A DNA stretch of 64,000 nt. It comes from Massalongia carnosa (Eukaryota). Position 1 is the first letter of the stretch, and each line of letters begins with the position of its first letter. Location: the NCBI GenBank assembly GCA_965645245.1, contig OZ287072.1:1550001-1614000 (forward strand), written 5' to 3'. Positions 51,803 through 64,000 of the stretch are shown piece after piece. The notes beneath the pieces are model-generated. The model saw nothing but the letters and a program-made list of their open reading frames with translations. It did not search any database and was not told where the DNA came from. The position numbers and the translations under genes are program-made.

Positions 51803-52560
51803 AGGTATGGAATGGAGGTCGAGTATCGTACTCTGTGGGCCAGTTTTACATGTCATGTGACCTGGATGAATTACGAGCGTTGATAGCGAGTACCGCCACG
51901 TAAATGACGAAAGCATAGATGACATGTGGGGTTGAGTGGGGTTTGATGGTTTGATGGTTGAAATGGAATGACACGACACAAGCGTTCGGCATGTTCGGAA
52001 AGTTAATGCCGACGCCAAGATGGTTCGGTTTTCAATTTTCAATCCATCGGTCTGTACATACACAGTACTCGTGCCGCGGGACTCTGTACCGCTATATAGA
52101 AAGCGGTCGACACCGTTGTGATTTTCTGTATTGATTACCGACTGGGTACTCGGTACATATTTTACCAGCACAACCACCCACCAATCCACTCGCACGATCT
52201 GTATCCATTGTATCTCTGTTCTCTGTTTTACCACTAGAGTATCTATCTCCACGGTACCGAGTACGGAACCCAGAGTACAGAATACAAAATACAGAGTAAC
52301 AGAGTAACAGAGTACAGAGTACAAAGTAGAGTATCTCCCCCTCACCCACATTACTTTTATTTTTAACCCTATCGTTTCCCCCCCCTTTAATTATCTTTTC
52401 CGTCAAAACACATAAATAAGCTTCTTCCTTCCCCCAATTATCTTGCATCGGTACTCTGTACAGTAACCAGCTTTCAAGCTATCCAAGCTATCCAAGCTAC
52501 CTGCAAAGTTACAACAGCTATTACACACCCTTGCATATACTCTTCCGCCCCCCCCACCCC

Positions 52561-52620
52561 ACCCTTCCACCCTTCCACCCTTCCACCCTTCCACCCTTCC
52601 ACCCTTCCACCCTTCCACCC
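52561..52620. repeat. 8-bp tandem repeat (ACCCTTCC), about 7.5 units
   Basis: Read directly from the sequence. Confidence 0.95.
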
Positions 52621-52864
52621 TCTTCCGTCCTTTCCCCTCCCCCACAACCCACAACCCACAACCTACCAAAAAACAATCAAAAGCACGCGATTGATCCCCC
52701 AAACCCCCGCCATAACACATCCCTCACCCGCTACAGTATCGTCCGTCACAAACCTGCCCACCTTTTACAATCAACATCAACACCCAATCACCCCCAATCA
52801 CCCCCAATCACCCATCTCCTCCACGAATGGTGAGACTTGCCACAAGTCTACAGCAAACGTCCGA

Positions 52865-55636
52865 ATGCTGCTGCGACTCCCACACAGCCTTCATTATCCC
52901 ATCACCGTTACCGAGCTGTTGAAGCAACCAAACGACAAGGTCGAGAGGTTCGCACCGCTATTCTCGTACTCCTACACCACCACAGTGACAGAAGGTGACA
53001 ATCTGGGTAATGAGTACCAGGTCGAGAAACCCTTTCCGACCAGATTCGAGTCCAACGTCGAAGGCGTGCTTCAACGATGGATGATTGGAAAAGGCACCGT
53101 CATCGCAACCCACGGGTAGGCGCGGCCCATCCCCCTTCCCACAAGTACCGCGGAGCCAATGCTGACCCCCCCCCCCCCCCCGAAAAGCCTCGTGGTAGCG
53201 GAGATTGAGGAACCATGCACCCATGGCGTGCAGTACGCCGGCCTATGCGGCAATTGCGGCAAGGATATGACCGAGTGAGTGCCGTGGCCGGATGCCGTGG
53301 AGGGGATCGTGCTGACGGTCAAACGAAGGTCATCCTACGTTACAACACAGGTCGATTCCACGCGCGCGACCATCAACATGGTCCATGACAACGTCTCGCT
53401 GACCGTCAGCCAAGACGAAGCCGCCAAAGTCGAGGACGAGGCCAAAAGGCGCCTCCTCGCCTCGAAGAAGCTATCGCTGGTGGTGGATTTGGACCAAACC
53501 ATCGTTCATGCCACGGTAGACCCCACCGTGGCAGAATGGCAAAAGGACGAGAAGAACCCAAATCACGGGGCCGTCAGAGACGTACGGGCATTCCAACTGG
53601 TGGATGACGGACAAAGCATCCGGGGATGTTGGTATTACATCAAGCTTCGACCGGGATTGCAGGAATTCTTGGAGAACATCTCCAAGCTCTACGAGCTGCA
53701 CATATACACCATGGGAACGCGAGCGTACGCGCAAAACATTGCCACTCTCATCGACCCGGGCCGCAAGATTTTCGGGGAGCGGATACTAAGTCGCGACGAG
53801 AGCGGCAGCTTGGTGGCGAAGAATTTGCAACGACTGTTCCCGGTCGATACGAAAATGGTGGTCATCATCGACGATCGGGGGGATGTGTGGAACTGGAACG
53901 AAAACCTCATCAAAGTTACGCCTTATGACTTTTTCGTGGGCATTGGAGACATCAACTCCAGTTTCTTGCCCAAAAAGCCAGGAGCAAATCTGTCCTTCAA
54001 CGCCGAACCCGTGGCATCATCGGATCCGCAGCCAGGTTCTCCTGGTAAAGGCGTGGGCGGCGAGGAAAGGGATGTGGAGTTGCACGGCGACGCATCGAAG
54101 CAAGTAGGGGGCTCGTTAGCGCTTCCAGCCGTGTCCACGACGTCCGGCGTCTCTGCTTTGGAACAGTTGGTTTCGATGGGTGGCGGCGACGATCCACTTA
54201 CGCTGCAAGCGCAGACGAGCCGTCAGCTTGAGACGGTGGCAGCTCAGCTTCAAGAGCGGCCATTGCTCCAGAAACAGAAGCAACTGGAAGCGGAAGATGC
54301 GGCGGCGGAAGCTTCTGTCCAGAGCGGCGAAAACGAATCCAGCTCCGGTTCATCAGATGCTCCCAGCGATTCGGACCCTACCCGTCACAAACTTCTCCAA
54401 GATCGCGATCAGGAGCTCATCCACCTGGAACAGGCGCTTCGAAAGGTCCACACCGCATACTTTGATACTTACGCGCCACACCGAGCGAACGTGCAAGGAG
54501 GTCGTGTTGCCGAACTCCGCGGCTCCCAGAAGCGGAAACAAGCTCCGAGCGACCATTTGGATCTGGCGATGGTTCCCGACGTCAAAACAATCATGCTGCA
54601 GATGAAATCTCGTGTCCTCGACGGCGTCGTGATTGTGTTCTCTGGCGTCATCCCGTTGCATTTGGATTGGAATACCAATGACCTCACGCTGTGGGCACGG
54701 AGTTTTGGCGCCAAGGTCGAGAAGGACGTCAGCCGCCGGACCACACACGTGGTTGCCGCCAGGAACCGGACCGCGAAAGTCAGGCAAGCTGTTAAGCGAG
54801 GAAAAGGCAGGATCAAAATCGTCAGTCCCGGCTGGCTGACGGATTCCATCATTCGATGGAGGAGGTTAGATGAACGGTCGTACCTCCTGAACGTGGAAGA
54901 AAGCGAAGCTGCATCTCCGAAAGGCGGCATGGGTGACGACGATGAACTTCTTAGCGTAAGCGAAGAACTAGGCAGCGGGGCCGAATCAGATGATGACGTT
55001 TCCAGAGCAAATGACCACGGGCTCTTCGGGACGAGGATCAGGCCCCCTCTCAGCCTGACCATCAACGAAGCGGACGACGAATCCGACATTGAAGGTCTGC
55101 TCCCCGCTGATCTCGAAGACGATCATTCCCCCGTAGGCGGCACCAACGAAGATTGGAGCAAAATGCATGACGAAATGAACGAGTTTTTGGGCAGCGACGC
55201 CGAAGATTCCGACGGCGACAGCGAAGCCAGTCTCGAAAGCAGCATCAGCATTCGAGGCAAGAAACGAAGTCGGGACGAGAGCGGCGACGAGTCTTCGGGC
55301 GAGAACGCGACAAAGCCAATCGGCAGGAAGAAGCAAGCTGTGAGTCGCGGGACCAGCCTCAGCCACACCCTGTTGCCTGGGAGCACCGCGAGCGCGGAAG
55401 GCGATTCAGGTTTGCCAACGCCGGATATTACTGCCGGGGAAGAGGGTGATGGGGACTGGAAAGACGACGACGACGACGACGACGACAACGACGCAGACGA
55501 AGATGGAGACGCAAATGCCATCGAGCCGGACGTGATTCCTGCCACAAACGTAGAGGGCGATGGATGGAGCGACTTTGAAGACGACCTTGAGGCCGAGATG
55601 GAGAAGGCTGCGACCGAGGAGCAGGGTGAGGGATAG
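52865..55636 (+). CDS. FCP1: RNA polymerase II CTD phosphatase Fcp1, 3 exons
   Basis: MLLRLPHSLHYPITV, EEPCTHGVQYAGLCGNCG, catalytic LVVDLDQT, KLRPGL, VIIDDRGDVW, BRCT domain (TTHVVA..TAKV..WL), acidic tail. Confidence 0.95.
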
Positions 55637-56290
55637 CTTTGCGTCGTTCAACGCCTCTCTCGCCTTCCTTCCCCGTCTTTTTCTCCGACGAGAAAAAAGG
55701 ACCCGAGCCCCGTTTGCCGTTTTTTTCTTCTTCTTCTTTTCTTTCTGTTACGGCATGGGCCATGAGGTGTGTGTGGGCGAATGGCGAAAGCGAGCGCATC
55801 TGGAATACGGCCTTCTGCCTTGCCGTGTTGTTTTCTTTCCGCTTGTTCCGTTCTATACCCCGGGAAGGAAGGACAGGGTGTTCCAGGCTAGGCTGCGCCT
55901 ACGGTGGCATGCGTCTTGTTTGCGTGGGCCGGTTGTGCTCTTCCGTCGTTCGTCTCCGAGGTACATGCGAGTGGGATGGAACTAGGATACGTGGCGCTAC
56001 GGCCTCAATATGTCCACTGGCCTCGTAGACTCGGAGTTTTTTCGCGGGTTTGGACGACGAGAGATTTAGCTAGCTCCGGATCCGCATCCGGGTAGGATAG
56101 GAATAGAGGCGGCGGCGGCGAGTCCACTGTATGTAGTGAGGAAAGGCATGGGAGGCGACGACCAGGGGGAATGATCCATCATCCTAAACTAGGTGTGGCG
56201 CAGGCTGATTGATTGATTGATTGATTAATACCCCGTCCCCCCCCCCTTTTCCCCTTTTCCCGCTTCTCGTTCCCTTCCATAATCTCCCTC

Positions 56291-56295
<5 letters not shown>

Positions 56296-56334
<39 letters not shown>
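56296..56334. repeat. (CT)n microsatellite
   Basis: Read directly from the sequence. Confidence 0.93.
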
Positions 56335-56340
<6 letters not shown>

Positions 56341-56766
56341 GTAAATATTTATGTACAAACTAGCAAGAAGATAGGAAAAGAAAGAGAAAAAAAAGCAAAG
56401 AAAAGGGGGGGGGGAAGGGAAGAGTGAAAATAGATGATCTCTTATGTAATGGTGTTTATGTATATATCTATTCATGCATGCTTCGCCAGCTTTTGTTGGG
56501 GAAAAAAAGAAGAAAAAAGCAAAAGAGACTCTCGAGTTCACGTAATCGTATCATAGCCATTATAAACCTGCGGGATTCTGTTCAGATATCATGCTCGCTC
56601 GCTAGCCGGGATTCCCAGGCGCGAAAAACCAAATCATCTCTCTCACCCTCGCTTTCTCAAACGAAGAGATTCTACCCTTTAGACTTTCTCCCTGGCTCAG
56701 ACGTATCCTTCCTGCAATATACACACCCCCCCCAGCTCTGCAGTCTCATCGATGATCCCAGCTGTA

Positions 56767-59700
56767 TCATCCCTCCCTCCCCATCCCTTCACCCACCGAT
56801 CTTCTACCCATCAAATCCCCCCCTCCGTGCCCTGCCTGCGCCATAGGCTCCCATTCGGCGATCCTTCGCGCAAGTTCTGGGTCCGATTCGTCGCCGATAA
56901 AGGTCCAGCTCTCCTCGTCGGCAGCGCCACCAAGGTCGTGGTCCGTGCCTGCGGCAGCGCGGTTCTTGATGAGCGTTTTGGCGTATTCGAGGTCGCGGTA
57001 GATGGTTTGGATGGCGGTTGCGACGCCGGTTTCCTGTAGAACAGTGAAAGCGGTATCAATAAGCGATTCAAAGTAAAAGGGCAAGGAAAACAACGTGAAC
57101 GTAAAAAGTGCATGCCTTTCGAATCTCTTCGCCAAGAACTTTAGCCTTGATGATCATCCGCTCGCTGTGCGTCGCTTCCCATAGCGCACGGGAGAACACG
57201 GTCACGTTCAGCTTCTTCATGCAGATCCCCACACCCAGGTCCTCCAAGCGCGAGCCGAAAAAAAACTGGTCGCCAAAAAACGGCTTCACAATCGTGGGAA
57301 GCCCAGCCTGGAGGCTGGCTCCTGTGGTCCCAGCGCCACCATGATGGGCCGCAGCGTCGATTTGCTTGAAGAGCCAGTCGTGCGGGGCTGACTTGATCTG
57401 GTGGATCTCTGGTGGAAGAGGTACCTCGGGGACGGTGGCGTCCTGACTACCAAGCCGGTCTGACCAGCCCTTGGAGAGAACGCAGCGGACGTCGGCTTTC
57501 AAGACGGATTCGATGATGGTTTTTGTCAAAGCCGCAGGGTCGGATACTACGATGGAGCCGAAGCCAATGTAGACAATTTTCTTGGCGTCGGCGCGCGCTC
57601 GCTTAATGAAGTCTGTAAGCTCATTGGGCGGCGTCCAACTAGAAGCTTCGTCGAGAAACCAATATCCTGTAACATGGATCCAATCACTGTAGTCCAGGGG
57701 TGGAACTACAACTGAGGGACTGAAATTGTAAAGGAAGGGGACCTTGTTCGGCTGCATCTTATCGAGGTTCGTACTTCGGAGCCCGAGCTCCTTCTTCCGC
57801 CACCGATTGACCTGACCAGCAATGGCTTTCCAGAAAACATTATCGAACATGACATAGGTAATGTAGTTATATGCACCTCCAAGTTTGTGTTCTGGGACAG
57901 CAAAAGCATGAGGATACGCTCGGGTTCGCGTCCAGGGCATAGTGAAAGCCCGGAAATACGGAACCCCTAGTGCCTCTGCGATATGAATGCCTGCCATCGC
58001 GCTGGGGCTTTCGATAAGTATGTCCGTGTCTTGACAAGCCTTCCATGCCGAACTCAGGAGCTCGTCGATCCATCCACGGAACTTGAGTGATGCCTCCTTA
58101 AGGAAAGAATATGTAAACATACCATTTTCAACGCAAATCCTCATCAACTCGGCTGGGTCACCGTCCACAGGGGCAAACCCAATACCATGCTTTCTGATCC
58201 ACGGTTCAAACTCTGCATGTGTAGCAATCTTTGGTCGATGTCCGTCCTCCAGCAGTCCTCTACATAACGCAATATAGGGCTGTACGTCGCCTCGAGAACC
58301 AATAGTGAGGCAAGTAACTCGTAGGGACTCTGTGGGCTTAAAATTGAGGATAGACGCTCGTGGGTCATCGAAGAGTATCGGCGGTGCTTGTGGATGTAGG
58401 GCTTCTTCAGCAGACTGTTGAAGTTTCAAGTCGTGTTCATTGTAGCCGTCTTGCCTTGCCTCTTGAAGCATTCGATGCTCAGCTTTTGCGTTTTCGGCAT
58501 GTACCTTGTCCTCCTGCGCCAGGAGTCCAGATTCTTGAAGATATCTCATAGATGCTAGGTTCTCAAGCAGAGTAACCGCGCAATCATCGCGAACCTCGGA
58601 TTGGCTGAATTCGAAGAGAAGTTCTTCGTGACCACGAATAACAACGACCAGACCCGAATATCCAAACCTAAAACCCTTCTCTTTATCAACGTTCTTGATA
58701 TCTTTGAGAGAAAGAACCATCTTTGTTCTCGTGCCAGGTAAAAGACTCCTGAAGCAGAATTTCCTGTCGCTGATGTAGACCTTGCCGTAAAGTGGTAGAA
58801 CCCGATGGAGATAACCGAAATATGTCGCTTGAAGCTTCTCAGAGGCCGGTAAAGCGAAATGAGCTCTAAACCGGTCGTCATATTCGGAAAAATCGTCCTC
58901 GCCCTCAAGGCCATCTAAGCAGTCGTCTGGCAGCGCCCTTCCGCCCTCACCGTAATGTTTTCGACCTCCCGTCCACATGCCCGAGACCTTCTCCACATAC
59001 CCCATAGACTCGGTAGCTAGAAGATGGGTCATTCGTTTTGACCGGGTTCGAAGATAGCCTGCAAAGCCTGCTGCTCGTTGCTGAAGTGTCAGTGACGAAG
59101 AAGACTGCTGTAGTTGTCCTTCGCTTTGTGAGAGATATAGTGTTCCCGTGGGTGACCTTTGCCGAATTTGAGACCGGGGTAGTGGCTGTGTCCTGGCGCT
59201 TGCATGAGGTGAATTCATTCGACCAGCAGCGTCTGGTCGCTTTCGATCTATGTCCTTAGATTTGGAGGAAGATCGCCCGACTTTTTGAATTGTCGGTGAA
59301 TGGAAAACGTCGCTCCGGCTGAGAATTTGACTACCTGATGCGTGCGTATCGTTGCCTGAATGGTTTAGGGTAGAGGATTCGGTACCACGTTCCAAGGAAT
59401 GAACATATGAGCCCGAAGACCCATGTAGTCTGGATGAAGGTGGCTTATCTGGGGAACCTTTTCGAGCAATGCTCATTCGACTTATATTCACACTTCTCCT
59501 GCCTCGATCAAAGCTTGAACGACTGAAGTCTTTACCAAGATCTATACTCTTTCGACCTAGTTCCCCACTGCTCCTTCCCCAGTCACCACTCAAGCGTGGA
59601 CTAACTTGACTGCTCCCTTGGGACGAAGCTGGCATGAGCGTCGCACGAACAGCTTCATGGAGTATTGGGGTCCTTGGATCCGATGGGTCTAGATATGTTA

Positions 59701-61277
59701 TGTCCTGGGACCTCCTATGTTGGGAGCGATCACGGGAACAGGGAAGATCGTCATCTCTGGGTGAAGGCGATAAATACTCGGCTGGTATTCTTTGCGCTGG
59801 GGTATCATCTACCACAGACCGTAGAACATCAAGGGCGTCCTTGCCAAAGCTGAAGAAGGAAAAAAAGTACTAGATCATGGTCAGCAGATCTCATCTAAGA
59901 TGGTAGTTAGACCCACCTCATCTATTGCATAGGTCTCATCGCTATCCACGACTCGAATCTTTAACGTCTCAGCGAATTCGATAACCGGGCTTTCTTCAAT
60001 GTCTATCACATTCTCTAAGGGTAGAGAGATCTTCACGCTATCGCCCTCATTGTGAGATCGGAATATCACTTTCTGAAGAGTCTTTACCCATTCTTTGGCG
60101 CTTGCGGCACTGTCCGCTTTGAAATAGTACGTTCGCTGATCGGTGGCAACTGAAAACTTAGTAACATCTTTCCCTTTTTCTTTGGGTTCGACAAGAGTCG
60201 CAGATATGCCGTATCGCAAGTCAATGTTTCCGCTAGGAAAGTAAAGATCAGAAGGATCAACATAGTAGGAAATTACATCGCCTTTGAGAGTGAACCAGTA
60301 TCGATTATATTTTGGATTCTGCTTGCCCCTTTTAGAGAGATAGCCCGATTTCACTGTTACATTCTATGCAGATATGAGCACGAGGGCCTCATATGTCGGG
60401 GAATCACTCACATATTTTTTCGGTAAGTAAGCATAAAAGCAGATATGGTATTTGGTGATGTACAAATATCCTTGAAGCAAAACGCTTTGTAGAAGCCAGC
60501 ATGGATACTCTGAAGGTCGATTAGCAGCGTCTTCTTATCGGATGAGAAAGCTTCAAACATGCCAGAAATCACCTCCTCGGGCTGTTCGAATTCAAATATC
60601 TCTTTCAGGCGACTGACGAGATTGCTATGGCTATATGGATTATCCGAATCTCCTAGAAAATCTGCGTGTACCATTTCTGTGTCCAATCTTCCCATAGAAG
60701 CACCCATCTGGGCCCGCGCTTCAAGCATCCTGCTCATCACAGGTGCATCCCGCGGTGTAGCACGCATCGGACTCGAAGCAGAAGATGGCAGATCATCAAG
60801 TGCTATGTGTCTGCTTTCTAGCATGTAGCTCTTATCTATTATGGGCCTTGGGTTAAGTTTTGGTAAGGATTTCGGAGCCCTGTGCTCTGGAATCTGCCCA
60901 TGCTGGCTTCCAAGCTTTTCATCTAGGAGGCTTTTTTTTTTTGGCTCACCGGCGCCTTTATAAGTGTAAGTGCCGGCGGCAGGATGCGATTCAGGCCCAT
61001 ACGAAGGGACTGGGGATTTATTCTCCTCCTCGCTATCACTACTTGCATCGTCGAAGCGTGCATGAAAGTCGACTTTAGATCCCGCTGCAGCAATCATGGA
61101 GAAAACGGACTGGTTCAGCTGCTGCGATGGCCTCCCGTTTGCGGCTGTGACATCTTCGTGAACATCATCACCTTCCTTCAATCTTTCTGGGTATTGTACG
61201 GTTGAATTTCTTTGGGGATTTCGTTTCTTGGTGAGCTTTCGACCAAGTCGTTTTTTGGTATCCTGTTTAGAAGCCAT
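56767..61277 (-). CDS. ATG26: Sterol 3-beta-glucosyltransferase Atg26/Ugt51 (GRAM-PH-GRAM-GT), multi-exon
   Basis: [19 protein letters not shown] domain ([15 protein letters not shown]), [33 protein letters not shown]. Confidence 0.96.
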
Positions 61278-62052
61278 GTCGATGGAGCCTGTTAGTCCAG
61301 AGAGGAAGGCGGGTCTGGAAACTTTATCTTATAGTCATGAGGGTTTTGATAGAAACCTCAGGTGACGCGTGACGAGCTTCGAACGTTCGTTAAGAGGCCC
61401 ATCACGACCTCAAGGAGAGCCATCAGATAAATGCTCGAGCGACCTCTAAATATGGATGATAGCGCAGGTCTATATAGCTATCAGTCAATGGGTGAATATG
61501 ACTGCTACCCTGTACCTTGGCCCTTTCATAGAAATAATAAGTGCTTTAGTTGGAGTTGCCGCTCAAGTGCTCAGGTGCTCTGGTGCCTGGAGGAAGCTGG
61601 GAGCTTGGTTAAGGCAACACGCGGAAGCCGGAAAAATTTAGAGCAGTCATCCAACATACTTGGCTCATCTTCGCCCATTAGTGGGAAGAGCGGGATTCAA
61701 CAGGTCTTTGGATATAACTGTATGCTTTATAGCCGATGATGTCTTTACAACTTCTTGTCGGGTCCTTTCCCCAAATGGTGGAGCTATGGATCTACTGCAT
61801 GAACAAACTTTCTGCCACATAATGTTTAGAAAACCTAAACGCTGAAAGGGTTTAATCACAACGATATCAATCAGAAGCGAATGAGAAGCTATTGCTAGCA
61901 GGAGTGACTATTGAATATGAATACAGAGTCTCGTAAGAGGCCCAGACCAAGAAGGCGAAACAACCTATCCACCGAAGTTCAACGTCCATGAGAGCATTTG
62001 GCTCTCCCTGACCAGTTTCATAGAAGATGTTTCCAAGATCTGTATGTACCAT

Positions 62053-63529
<1,477 letters not shown>

Positions 63530-64000
63530 GATCAAAGTGGCACTCGTAGGAGAAGATGATACTCGGAATGGAGTGCACTTCGTATGCTGTTGCGTTGCAG
63601 AAGAATATACGAGTCTGAAGGAGACGGGGTGGCTGGAAGCCTGGGATGATGATTTGGTTTACGTCCCTTTAGCTGCCTGATTACGTACACATTTTAGGTT
63701 CATAACCGTATCACCATGGCAATTTCAACCTCGGCACGAGGTACTCCGTGTAGAGTAAAATACACACCTAGGTTACCCATGTTGTAAATACACACCCATT
63801 TGCAGCATGCTAATTAGTAATTACCCAAGAAGAGGTAAAAGAGTCATATTCACAGTATTACGATATTATTTGAGTCGTTTTGCCGTAGTAAATTTTAGCG
63901 TATTGCAGATGGGGGTAAATACGAGTATCGGTCATCAAAACCTGAAACTCATCGATACATGATGGTTATGTACGGCGTAACTTCGAAACACTTCTTCGAT

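Noticed and set aside
51425..52351. 308-aa minus-strand ORF with (HIPHPTS)n heptads next to the CTD phosphatase FCP1, a tempting Pol II CTD mimic
   Set aside because: Any 7-nt tandem repeat translates to a 7-aa repeat. The DNA units lack synonymous variation, the peptide lacks the YSPTSPS Tyr1/Ser2/Ser5-Pro pattern, and the ORF overlaps PAC10 antisense.
51705..52620. CRISPR-like arrays
   Set aside because: These are head-to-tail micro/minisatellites with no spacers, in eukaryotic DNA with no cas genes.

Overview
Gene-dense, intron-containing nuclear DNA from a filamentous ascomycete (Pezizomycotina; finer placement is not possible by eye). I can support about 27 mostly housekeeping genes: carboxylesterase, SLD2, RING E3, HAD/Swiss-Army-knife protein, Fig1-like, a small conserved protein, NDUFA9, RPN9, GAA1, RBD2, EFM5, Ytp1-like, UBP8, DAM1, CSR1, HNT1, CHO1, WSC sensor, CWH43, UTP6, PTH4/ICT1-like, NAB3-like, LETM1-like, PAC10, FCP1, ATG26 and PEP4. 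Many are arranged head-to-head on short shared promoters. The stand-out accessory element is a 2,171-bp piggyBac-superfamily transposon (20236..22406) inserted in the RBD2/EFM5 divergent promoter. It has near-perfect TIRs and a disrupted DDD transposase. Instead of the canonical TTAA duplication it is flanked by TTAT on the left and ATAA on the right, which suggests a 2-bp AT duplication inside TTATAA or a non-TTAA target. Other points of note are two GC-AG introns, micro-exons, stop-free in-frame introns, a possible retroposon (TAC)n tail and a cluster of tandem repeats upstream of FCP1. No rRNA, tRNA or CRISPR array was recognised. Gene identities come from motif recognition by eye, and splice junctions are manual inferences.
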